From the NCBI GenBank assembly GCA_002269645.1, contig NIVC01000162.1:372001-436000 (forward strand): DNA of 64,000 bases, read 5' to 3'. The position numbers and the translations under genes were made by a program. This document shows, piece by piece, positions 34,455-46,645 of this stretch (positions are counted from its first letter, which is position 1; each line of letters opens with the position of its first letter). Source of the DNA: Macrostomum lignano. Its lineage: Eukaryota. The notes beneath the pieces were generated by a model. The model saw only the letters and a list, made by a program, of their open reading frames with translations. It was not told the DNA's origin and made no database searches.

Positions 34455-35215
34455 GTCTATGGCCGGGCCTAATAAGGGAATAAATACGATTCTGTAGTTT
34501 ATGGCTGAACCCAATTCGGGAATAAATACGTTTTTTGTAGTCTATGGTCGGGGCCAATAGGGGAATAAATACGAATCTGTTGTCTATGGCCTGGCCCAAC
34601 ATGGGAATAAATAAGGTTCTGTTGTCTATGGCCGGGCCAAATTGGAGAATAAATAAGATTCTGTTGTCTATGGCCGGGCCAAATTGGAGAATAAATAAGA
34701 TTCTGTTGTCTATGGCCGGGCCAAATTGGAGAATAAATAAGATTCTGTTGTCTATGGCCGGGCCAAATTGGAGAATAAATAAGATTCTGTTGTCTATGGC
34801 CGGGCCAAATTGGAGAATAAATAAGAATCTGTTGTCTATGGCCGGGCCAAATTGGAGAATAAATAAGAATCTGTTGTCTATGGCCGGGCCAAATTGGGGA
34901 ATAAATACGATTCTGTTGTCTATGGCCGGGCCGAATTGGAGAATAAATAAGATTCTGTTGTCTATGGCCGGGCCAAATTGGAGAATAAATAAGATTCTGT
35001 TGTCTATGGCCGGGCCAAATTGGAGAATAAATAAGAATCTGTTGTCTATGGCCGGGCTAAATTGGTGAATAAATACGTTTTTTTGTAGTATATGGCCGGG
35101 CCCAATAGGGGAATAAATACGATTTTATTGTCTATGGCCGGGCCGAATTGGACATCTCCCCAAATTTATTCCCCAATTTGGGGAATAAATACGTTTTTTG
35201 TAGTCTATGGTGGGG
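34455..35215. repeat. 42-bp minisatellite with degenerate edges
   Basis: Unit tctatggccgggccaaattggagaataaataagattctgttg. Confidence 0.9.
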
Positions 35216-35639
35216 CCCCAAAAGTAAAAATCTTTTCAGCAGCTAAGCAGATTCAAGTTTCTTATAGTGCAATGCATAATTAATAAAAACAGTCAATACA
35301 ACCTGCGCTTCACAGCGATTCCCTCCCTTTACTGAATACTGGGCGCTGGGGTCCAGCTATGAAGCAAATACAAAGTTGTTAGGGTCTAAAAGAAACGAGA
35401 AAAAGGATTTTTATATGCGTCTCTACATAGCACGTAAAAAAATAAGCATTTAGCTGGGACAACATGACAAAACCATTACTCTTAATTTGTTTTAAATGAC
35501 ATGAAATTAAACAAGCTATAGGCTACAGGATGCTTAGATGACAATCGTAGATGGGGTGCATGTCATGAGAGTAACAAGAAGTCACTTTTAGATAAATTTG
35601 AGAAAATAAGCAAAATTTGTTTTCAGATGGCATGAGAAA

Positions 35640-36525
35640 ACAATAAATAAGTTTTTGATGACGTCAGAATATCAAGAAATGAGTTTCGGATGAGGTCAGA
35701 AAAACACAAAAAATGAGTTTTGGATGCCGTCAGAATGACAAGAAATGAGTTTTAGATGACGTCAGAATAACAATAAATGAGTTTTAGATGAGGTCAGAAT
35801 GACAAGAAATGAGTTTTGGATGAGATCAGAATGACAAGAAATGAGTTTTGGATGACGTCAGAATAACAAGAAATGAGTTTTAGATGAGGTCAGAATGACA
35901 AGAAATGAGTTTTGGATGAGGTCAGAATGACAAGAAAAGAGTTTTGGATGACGTCAGAATAACAAGAAATGAGTTTTAGATGACGTCAGAATGACAAGAA
36001 ATGAGTTTTGGATGACGTCAGAATGACAAGAAATAAGTTTTAGATGAGGTCAGAATGACAAGAAATGAGTTTTGGATGAGATCAGAATGACAAGAAATGA
36101 GTTTTGGATGACGTCAGAATAACAAGAAATGAGTTTTAGATGAGGTCAGAATGACAAGAAATGAGTTTTGGATGAGGTCAGAATGACAAGAAATGAGTTT
36201 TGGATGACGTCAGAATAACAAGAAATGAGTTTTAGATGACGTCAGAATGACAAGAAATGAGTTTTGGATGACGTCAGAATGACAAGAAATAAGTTTTAGA
36301 TGAGGTCAGAATGACAAGAAATGAGTTTTGGATGAGGTCAGAATAACAAGAAATGAGTTTTAGATGAGGTCAGAATGACAAGAAATGAGTTTTGGATGAG
36401 ATCAGAATGACAAGAAATGAGTTTTGGATGAGGTCAGAATAACAAGAAATGAGTTTTAGATGAGGTCGGAATGACAAGAAATGAGTTTTGGATGACGTCA
36501 GAATAACAAGAAATGAGTTTTTGAT
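35640..36525. repeat. 32-bp minisatellite, about 28 copies, just downstream of the Wnt gene
   Basis: Unit agaaatgagttttggatga(c/g)gtcagaatgaca. Confidence 0.93.
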
Positions 36526-36702
36526 GATGTGAGCACAGAAGAAATGAGTTTTAAAACCATGAGTTCGGAGAGCATGAGAAACAAGCAGACAGTTGACGTT
36601 GATTCGCACACTAATAAGCACATTAATATCCTCTTGTTAAAAAAATGACAAAAAACTGCCTCCTTAGAGACGGCTTGTCACTCGGAGACCCGCCCAAGTC
36701 AG

Positions 36703-39700
36703 TCACGGCCTGTACAGTCGGCAGCGGTGCGTCCGCACTCGGGTCTCGCACTGTTGGCAGTCCACCCTGATCGGGTTGGACTTCATCTGGCAGCGGCACC
36801 ACTCCCGCTGGATGATGTACATTGGCGCAAAGTTGAACTCGCCGCAGCACAACCTCTCGCAGGAGTTCGGCTGCCCGGCCGCGTCGATAGTGGCGTTGCA
36901 CTGGCGGTCCTGGACGCCGTAGTAGCCGTCGTGTCTGCTTGCCGTGCAGTAATCCGGCTGAGGTCGCCAGTGCACCAGGTCCTTCTTGCCGACCCGACCT
37001 CGACTGCGGCGTCCAGCGGCTCGCCAGTTGATCGGCACCAGCTTGCCAAACCTGTCCGCTCGGCTGGACCGTCTTGGCGCTGCTTGGCTCGGTGGTTTCC
37101 TGCGCCGCTCAGTCGGGGTGAACAGCTGCACCGGTTTGCTGTCTTGCAGCAGCTGGCGCAGGTTCGCCTCCAGCTTGCCAGAGAGGCGGCGCATGCCTTT
37201 GATGCAGATCTGCTTGGTGCACGAGCCCGACACGCCCAGGCAGTGGCAGATCCTCACCTGGCTGTGGCGGGCCGCCTGGCAACGGCGTGGGTTGGGGAGT
37301 TCGCGCTGGTGATGAAGGAGTCTGGATCGTGGGTTGTGGGATTCGTGCTCGGTGATGAAGGAGTCTGGATCGTGGGTTGTGGGATTCGTTCTGGGTGAAG
37401 GAGTCTGGGAACGGATTGAGTTGGGGAGTTTGCACTGGTTGATGAAGGAGTCTGGGAACGGGTTGGGTTGGAGAGTTCGCGCTGAGGATGAAGGAGTCTG
37501 GATCATGGGTTGTGGGATTCGTGCTGGGTGATGAAGGAGTTTGGATCGTGGGTTGGGATCCGTGCTGGGTGATGGAGTCTGGGAACGGATTGAGTTTGGG
37601 AGTTTGCACTGGTTGATGAAGGAGTCTGGGAACGGCTTGGGTTGGGGAGTTCGCGCTAGGGGATGAAGGGGTCTGGATCATGGGTTGTGGGATTCGTGCT
37701 GGGTGATGAAAGAGTCTGGATCGTGGATTGTGGGATTGGTGTTGGGTGATGGAGTCTGGGAACGGATTGAGTTGGGGTTGGGGAGTTCGTGCTGGTTGAT
37801 GAAGGAGTCTGGGAACGGGTTGGGTTGGGAAGTTCGCGCTGAGGGATGAAGGAGTCTGGGGATCATGAGTTGTGTTGGGGAGTTTAAACTGGTTGATGAA
37901 GGAGTCTGGGTAGTGAGCTATGGAGTTCGTGCTGGGTGATGAAGGAGTCTACATATTTATTTTTATTGAAAATAAAACTATAAATTCTATTCGGAAGCAA
38001 GTGTTACGCCATTCTACTACAGGGGTTACAGCTCCAACAGGCCAAGTATCGTGCTAAGCGCTCACAATCTGGCCAGCCCTCCTGTTGTGCACGTTGACCA
38101 GCATTGGCAGCGGCAGCGGCCCCCCAACCGCTCTAAGGTTGGCCCTCGTGTCGGCGAAGAACTGGCGAACTCTTCGACTGGCCAACCGCAGATTGTCGTC
38201 GCAGGACGGCAGAGAAATCCCGCCGTATTTCTGCCCGAGCGTCTCCGGGCTCAGCGTCCGCAGCTGCTGCTGGCCGCGGTCGACGCTGCGGCCGGCGCGT
38301 CGGCGCGAACTCCAAGCCGTGGCGTCGTCGGCGCCACCTGGCGAGGACAGCACGGTAGGGCGGGAGCTGACGGACCGGCAAGGGCAGTTCAGGCCCGGCT
38401 GGCCGCGCCGACACGCCAGGGCCAGCTCCTCCACGGCCTTGGCGGCTGCCATCGCCCAGACAAAGCCGGCCTGCGGGTAGCCTTGGGAGGCAGGGGGTGC
38501 TGGTTCGGGTAGTTGGGGATTGCGTTTGCGATAGGACAGATAGCTAGGATCATTCGCACTAGATGCTGCTAGGATGCCCGTAGCAACTAATGAGAAGCCA
38601 TCGATAAGCTGACAAGAGGCTAATTAGACGCTAAGAGAAGCTGACAAGAGGCTAATTAGACGCTAAGAGAAGCTGACAAGAAGCTAAGAGAAGCTGACAA
38701 GAAGCTAAGAGAAGCTGACTAGAAGCTAATTAAAAGCTAAGAGAAACTAAGAGAAGCTGACTAGAAGCTAAGAGAAGCTGACTAGAAGCTAAGAGAAGCT
38801 GACTAGAAGCTAAGAGAAGCTAAGAGAAGCTAAGAGAAGCTGACTAGAAGCTAATTAAAATCTAAGAGAAGCTAAGAGAAGCTGACTAGAAGCTAAGAGA
38901 AGCTAAGAGAAGCTAAGAGAAGCTAAGAGAAGCTAAGAGAAGCTGAGAGAAGCTAAGAGAAGCTAAGAGAAGCTAAGAGAAGCTAAGAGAAGCTAAGAGA
39001 AGCTAAGAGAAGCTAAGAGAAGCTAAGAGAAGCTAAGAGAAGCTAAGAGAAGCTGAGAGAAGCTAAGAGAAGCTAAGAGAAGCTAAGAGAAGCTAAGAGA
39101 AGCTAAGAGAAGCTAAGAGAAGCTAAGAGAAGCTAAGAGAAGCTAAGAGAAGCTAAGAGAAGCTAAGAGAAGCTAAGAGAAGCTAAGAGAAGCTAAGAGA
39201 AGCTAAGAGAAGCTAAGAGAAGCTAAGAGAAGCTAAGAGAAGCTAAGAGAAGCTAAACAAAACACACTATATAAACCTGAGTGTGTATCGGCTATAACAG
39301 TGCTTCCCTCAATAAATCGTTTTTCTCTACGCTACTGGCCTCCAAATTTTACAGATTTTCATTTTCCATCTTACCCACAGTAAATTTCTTTCTAGCTTCA
39401 TACTACGCATTTCACTTCGGTGGCGGCTGCCCCCCCCCCCAGCCCCCTTGTGCCGCGCTCTGCGTAACCGCATCAAAGCATCAAAATTCCAGAAATAAAT
39501 GGCTTCATAAATCACTTTAGTCTGTGAGGGGGTTGCCACAGACTTCTGGTTGGGATCAGCTAGACAAGGTGAATTGTACGGGATGTGCGGAATGGGCTGC
39601 AGCATTGGTTCCTATATTGATGAATGTGCTCGCGGTGCTAAGCCGAAAACAGCAACTTCTTTTGCCCAGCTGCAGTGCAGAGGGGTCAGTCGGCATTCGA

Positions 39701-42700
39701 ATTTTCTATAGAGTAAATGCACTACTTGGCAAAACCAAACTATAAAACTTTGCTGAGCTCTTCTAATAGTTGGAAAACTCCCATCTTTGAAAAGACTATG
39801 GAGACTGCAATCCTCAGTTCACTGAGCCTGCAATCCTGAGTTCACTGGGCCTGCAATTCTCAGTTCATTGCATAAGGCTGTAGTCCTCAGTTCACTGAGT
39901 TAGAAGCAGTTAACCCTAGGTAGAACACAATCCCAGGTAGAACCACAACCCCAAGTAGAACCAAAACCCCAGGTAGAACAACCCCAAATAGAACCACAAG
40001 CCCAGGTAGAACCACAAGCCCAGGTAGAACCACAAGCCCAGGTAGAACAACAACCCTAGGTAGAACCACAACCCCAGGTAGAACCACAAGCCCAGGTAGA
40101 ACCACAAGCCCAGGTAGAACAACAACCCTAGGTAGAACCACAACCCCAGGTAGAACCACAACCCCAGGTAGAACCACAACCCCAGGTAGAACCGCAACCC
40201 CAGGTAGAACCGCAACCCCAGGTAGAACCGCAACCCCAGGTAGAACCGCAACCCCAGGTAGAACCGCAACCCCAGGTAGAACCGCAACCCCAGGTAGAAC
40301 CGCAACCCCAGGTAGAACCACAACCCCAAGTAGAACCGCAACCCCAGGTAGAACCGCAACCCCAGGTAGAACCACAACCCCAGGTAGAACCACAACCCCA
40401 GGTAGAACCACAACCCCAGGTAGAACCACAACCCCAGGTAGAACCACAACCCCAGGTAGAACCACAACCCCAGGTAGAACCACAACCCCAGGTAGAACCG
40501 CAACCCCAGGTAGAACAACAACCCTAGGTAGAACAACAACCCTAGGTAGAACCACAACCCCAGGTAGAACCACAACCCTAGGTAGAACAACAACCCCAGG
40601 TAGAACCACAACCCCAGGTAGAACCGCAACCCACAACCCTCCGTCAATGACCTGAGCTCACCAGTGTTTAAAAAATCCTCTTCAAAGGTGCAGTTCCACC
40701 TGTGGTGCTGGAACATGACCTGGCAGGCCCGGTAGCCATTCACCAGGCCGCTGTGCGCCAGTCGGTCAGCCACGCTGCCGGCGCGGCAGAGGTTGCGCAG
40801 ACGCGGCGTCAGGTCAGCGGCGGTGCACAGCTCGTCGGGCACATGCTTGAGCAGCTGGTAGAATGAGGTCGAGTCCATGGGCGGCTGCTGCCTTCTGAAC
40901 TGCGACCGTCTGTGGAACAATGAGAGAACCAGCTGTTACCCCTCTGACTGTTTCCCAGACAGCTGCTGTCCCCTCCGTGACTGTTTCCCAGACAGCTGCT
41001 GTCCCCTCTGTGACTGTTTCCCAGACAGCTGCTGTCCCCTCCGTGACTGTTTCCCAGACAGCTGCTCAGCTGCTGTCCCCTCCATGACTGTTTCCCAGAC
41101 AGCTGCTGTCCCCTCTGTGACTGTTTCCCAGACAGCTGCTGTCCCCCTGTGACTGTTTCCCAGACAGCTGCTGTCCCCTCTGTGACTGTTTCCCAGACAG
41201 CTGCTGTCCCCTCCGTGACTGTTTCCCAGACAGCTGCTGTCCCCTCCGTGACTGTTTCCCAGACAGCTGCTGTCCCCTCTGTGACTGTTTCCCAGACAGC
41301 TGCTGTCCCCCTGTGACTGTTTCCCAGACAGCTGCTGTCCCCCTGTGACTGTTTCCCAGACAGCTGCTGTCCCCTCTGTGACTGTTTCCCAGACAGCTGC
41401 TGTCCCCTCTGTGACTGTTTCCCAGACAGCTGCTGTCCCCTCTGTGACTGTTTCCCAGACAGCTGCTGTCCCCTCTGTGACTGTTTCCCAGACAGCTGCT
41501 GTCCCCCTGTGACTGTTTCCCAGACAGCTGCTGTCCCCTCTGACTGTTTCCCAGACAGCTGCTGTCCCCTCTGTGACTGTTTCCCAGACAGCTGCTGTCC
41601 CCTCTGTGACTGTTTCCCAGACAGCTGCTGTCCCCTCTGACTGTTTCCCAGACAGCTGCTGTCCCCTCTGTGACTGTTTCCCAGACAGCTGCTGTCCCCT
41701 CTGACTGTTTCTCAGACAGCTGCTGTCCCCTCTGTGACTGTTTCCCAGACAGCTGCTGTCCCCTCTGTGACTGTTTCCCAGACAGCTGCTGTCCCCTCTG
41801 ACTGTTTCTCAGACAGCTGCTGTCCCCTCTGTGACTGTTTCCCAGACAGCTGCTGTCCCCCTGTGACTGTTTCCCAGACAGCTGCTGTCCCCCTGTGACT
41901 GTTTCCCAGACAGCTGCTGTCCCCCTGTGACTGTTTCCCAGACAGCTGCTGTCCCCCTGTGACTGTTTCCCAGACAGCTGCTGTCCCCCTGTGACTGTTT
42001 CCCAGACAGCTGCTGTCCCCTCTGTGACTGTTTCCCAGACAGCTGCTGTCCCCTCTGTGACTGTTTCCCAGACAGCTGCTGTCCCCTCTGTGACTGTTTC
42101 CCAGACAGCTGCTATCCCCTCTGTGACTGTTTCCCAGACAGCTGCTGTCCCCTCCGTGACTGTTTCCTAGACAGCTGCTGTCCCCTCTGTGACTGTTTCC
42201 CAGACAGCTGCTGTCCCCCTGTGACTGTTTCCCAGACAGCTGCTGTCCCCCTGTGACTGTTTCCCAGACAGCTGCTGTCCCCTCTGTGACTGTTTCCCAG
42301 ACAGCTGCTGTCCCCTCCGTGACTGTTTCCCAATAATATATAATAATAATATTATATTATATTATTAATGAATATTTTCGAACGCCTGTTGCCATCAAGT
42401 GAAATAAATTTGCACGTGGTTTCCCGCGCTCTCAACAGGATTCGCACGCTGTGGCCCCAATTTAATTATTGATTATTACGCAATCCAATAAACCTTGCCG
42501 CTTTCTGAATTCCCTTTCCGAGTTGAAGCATTTTTCGCACCTTGTAAACGTGCAGTTTCAAAGGCGAGGTTGTCAAACAGAGCTTGTTCGGTTGGTGCTA
42601 ATAGCAAGCTAATCAGACTGACTCGAATGGCACCCGTGACTGCAACTTGCAGTGCGTGTAACATTTGTTTATGCATACTCATGCTGCCTGCAAGCCTCAC

Positions 42701-44536
42701 CTGTTGAGTCTCGCGAAAATTTTTGAAGCCTGCCAGTCTATAGTAGGTTTCTTAACTGTTGGTACTTAAGAGATTTTTCACATTCTCAGATATCTGCAGA
42801 ACTCAAGCTGATGAACTGGTTCGATCGTTGCATAATGTACATCTTGCCTGCACACTCTGTGCTTTTCACTGCCAATTCTATGCAAAACCTGACTGATCTT
42901 TCTGAACTCACTCGCTCTTCATCTCTGAACGTCTCCCCTTCATCTCTCTGACACCGTCACACCTCCATTTCTGATGCCTCACTTCTGACACCTCCGTTTC
43001 TGATCCCTCACTTCTCTGACACCTCCTTTCTGATGCCTCACTTCTCTGACACCTCCGTTTCTGATGCCTCACTTCTCTGACACCTCCGTTTCTGATGCCT
43101 CCTCTTTCTGATCCCTCACTTCTCTGACACCTCTTTCTGATCCCCCACTTCTCTGACACCCCCTTTCTGATGCCTCCTCTTTCTGATCCCTCACTTCTCT
43201 GACACCTCCTTTCTGATTCCTCACTTCTCTGACACCTCCTCTTTCTGATCCCTCACTTCTCTGACACCCCCTTTCTGATGCCTCACTTCTCTGACACCTT
43301 TCTGATGCCTCACTTCTCTGACACCTCCTTTCTGATCCCTCACTTCTCTGACACCTCCTTTCTGATCCCTCACTTCTCTGACACCTCCTTTCTGATGCCT
43401 CACTTCTCTGACACCCCCTTTCTGATGCCTCACTTCTCTGACACCTTTCTGATCCCTCACTTCTCTGACACCTCTTTCTGATCCCCCACTTCTCTGACGC
43501 CTCCTCTTTCTAATCCCTCACTTCTCTGACACCTCTTTCTGATCCCCCACTTCTCTGACACCTTTCTGATCCCTCACTTCTCTGACACCTCTTTCTGATC
43601 CCTCACTTCTCTGACGCCTCCCCTTTCTGATTCCTCACTTCTCTGACACCTCCTCTTTCTGATCCCTCACTTCTCTGACACCTCCTTTCTGATCCCTCAC
43701 TTCTCTGACACCTCTTTCTGATCCCCCACTTCTCTGACGCCTCCTCTTTCTAATCCCTTACTTCTCTGACACCCCCTTTCTGATGCCTCACTTCTCTGAC
43801 ACCTCCTTTCTGATGCCTCACTTCTCTGACACCTCCTTTCTGATGCCTCACTTCTCTGACACCTCTTTCTGATCCCTCACTTCTCTGACACCTCCTTTCT
43901 GATGCCTCACTTCTCTGACACCTCTTTCTGATCCCTCACTTCTCTGACACCTCCTTTCTGATGCCTCACTTCTCTGACACCTCCTTTCTGATGCCTCACT
44001 TCTCTGACACCTCCTTTCTGATGCCTCACTTCTCTGACACCTCCTCTTTCTGATGCCTCACTTCTCTGACACCTCCTCTTTCTGATCCCTCACTTCTCTG
44101 ACACCTCTTTCTGATCCCCCACTTCTCTGACGCCTCCTCTTTCTAATCCCTTACTTCTCTGACACCCCCTTTCTGATGCCTCACTTCTCTGACACCTCCT
44201 TTCTGATGCCTCACTTCTCTGACACCTCCTTTCTGATGCCTCACTTCTCTGACACCCCCTTTCTGATCCCTCACTTCTCTGCCAACCTAGTTCTGATCCC
44301 TCACTTCTCTGATCCTTCCTCACTTGTTTCTTTACTTTTCTGATCCCCTCCTTTCCGCACTTACTCCCGAACACCTAGCGCCTCATCAGTTGAAGTGCTG
44401 CCACTCAACAGTGATCATATACTCACCGAGCTACAGTTGGCCCAGCCAGCAAAAGCAAGCAGACCGCCGGAAGCAGCACAACTGGTAGATGGCTCCGCCG
44501 CAGCTTAAAGTTGCTTTCGAACTGCGAGTTCGCCAT
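36703..44536 (-). CDS. WNT: Divergent Wnt-family ligand, 4 exons, 448 aa
   Basis: Exons 44536-44427, 40909-40662, 38481-38066, 37275-36703 total 1347 nt with consistent phases. Signal-peptide-like N-terminus, [37 protein letters not shown] and C-terminal cysteines. Subfamily not assignable by eye. Confidence 0.93.
37305..37950. repeat. Complex degenerate tandem repeat in Wnt intron 3
   Basis: Recurrent gatgaaggagtctgg and gggattcgtgctgggt modules. Confidence 0.8.
38600..39254. repeat. 10-bp repeat (agaagctaag) in Wnt intron 2
   Basis: Directly visible; becomes homogeneous to the right. Confidence 0.95.
39916..40635. repeat. 18-bp minisatellite, about 40 copies, Wnt intron 2
   Basis: Unit ccaggtagaaccacaacc. 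It is preceded by a short 23-bp repeat at about 39797-39900. Confidence 0.95.
40935..42331. repeat. 31-33 bp minisatellite, about 43 copies, Wnt intron 1
   Basis: Unit gtgactgtttcccagacagctgctgtcccctct. Confidence 0.96.
42905..44345. repeat. About 30-bp pyrimidine-rich minisatellite, Wnt intron 1
   Basis: Unit tctgatgcctcacttctctgacacctcctt with indel variants. Confidence 0.93.
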
Positions 44537-46645
44537 AAGGATTCGACAGGCCTGTCAGCCGATCCTGCTCCTTGAGTCTTCAGGCGCAGCTAATAGTTTA
44601 ATATTTATTTAAAGCAAAACAGTGCGCAATGTCACCTTGTAATTGCTCTAGTCAGCAACCACGGTGAGTAAAGTTATAAATTTGACTATCAGTCAAGCGC
44701 ACCCCCCCCCACCGAGGAACATGCGGTGAATGGCTTTGGGGGCGTTCGCAGCCAACCCCCGATGAAGTCTGGCCTGCAGCCAATTAAAACTGACCGACCT
44801 CGTGAAGAGCTGCCAGCGAGAGCTTCGAGTGAGCGAAATTTATTATCTCGTTATCCACTCCAGCAGTGCTGATAATACTGCAATTGAACCGCGAATTCCC
44901 TTTTTTAGTCAGAAACTTTCAAAATACCTTTCAATACTTACATGTAGGACGATACAGAATTGCCAGAAAAAATCTGCTTACATGTTATACTTGCATGTGC
45001 ATGTAAATTTGAAATCTTAACCTGATCAAAGGTTAGTAATATGAAATTGTTAAACATTCAAAACTGCATGTACGAGTACGAGTGCATGTGTACACGTATA
45101 AAAATGATCAGCTGGACAAAAGATCACGGATCAGTGTTCGCGTTCTTACGCTCTACTTCTTTTACAACTGCATTCATTAGTCAATTGTTATTGACTTCAT
45201 ACAAGAAAATGTTTTTAAAAAAAGCTAAAAATACCAATCCCAGAGTAATAATCCTAACAATCCTATTTTTTCCAATCCCAGAGTAATACCAAAATGGTGA
45301 GTCTCTCATTTGACTTTGATTTGTAAATTTGGCAAAATTGAATAAAAATAGGCGTAATAATAGGCGTCTAGGAGGAGATACGCGTTAAACCCGGCCGGTC
45401 GGTTCACTCAGCTTTTTTAGATATAAGAAGAAGAGAAGAGAAGAAGAGAAAGAAGAAAGAAGAAAGAAAAAGAAGATTACAATGCTGCTCAATATTCGTT
45501 TTTTTTGTTTTAATGTCTATATACCACTGCACTCCCACTCGTGGTGCGATATCGCAACATCGCACTAATAAAGCCAGAAAAACCTCATTAATCACTCACT
45601 AAAGCCGATTTTCTTGTGCGTTTATCTATGGGATATATCGCAGAGGTCCAATGTTACATGTAATAACATCATGGGTGCTAATTTATCCAGAAACGCCCGA
45701 AACAAAATTCAAACGGCAAAATTTTGCAGACATCTGTGTGGCAAAGCGATCATAAAGTGTGACGATAATAAAAATGTTCGTCAAAACTGCGAAAAATATA
45801 TAATGACCTGTTTTTGTAACAGTTTGCTATCCATATCCATAATCTATATCTATAAATTGTTATATTACGTAATAAAATCAAATTTACTACATTCCAAGAC
45901 AAGCGTGCAGGTCGGTTTGAAAAATGTCGGTTAGTTGCCAATTGCCATGTTACACACGGTTTCTTCTTAGTTTTTTATGATGCAGAAAACAGACTTTGAC
46001 GAAACTGTATAGAAAACAGCGATGAATCGAAGGCCAAGAGATAATCTAATTTTGAGGCAACTTTTATTATGAAACTTCTACTTTTAAATTTGGAAGATGT
46101 CAAACAGGTTTGCAAATTTTATTATACTCGCTAAAATTGGGTTAAAATTGCCAGTAGGCAACAAAGTTATCTAAAGTCCAGTAAAATTTAATCTGCACCA
46201 AAGCATGTATAGATTGCTATTCATGCATCATTATTTATTTATTTATATAAAGTTACAAATGGGGATGATCAGCACTCAGAGTCAGAATTTTAGAAGTTAA
46301 AGTAGCTGTCGAATCAGTTCATTTCGAAACCTAGATCAATTGATCAACTGGTCTTTAATCAATTGAAGATTTTATTGTTTGCTTTACAGATTATTGAGTT
46401 ATACACCAACTTGTCTATTTATCTTAAGCAGAGATGTTTCTATGGATTCATGTAAGTTCAACTTAAATTGAGAATGGTATTTAATAGCCAGTAATTAGTA
46501 TATTTTTTAAATTTAATCCAAAAATGAAATACAGATGGAGTATTCTTGATATTAAAAAAATAATTTATTAGTACTTTGTATTATTTTATTCAAAGCAAAG
46601 TTAGTACAAAATTTTAATAAATTAAGCTCTTCTCCTTACTTGCAG

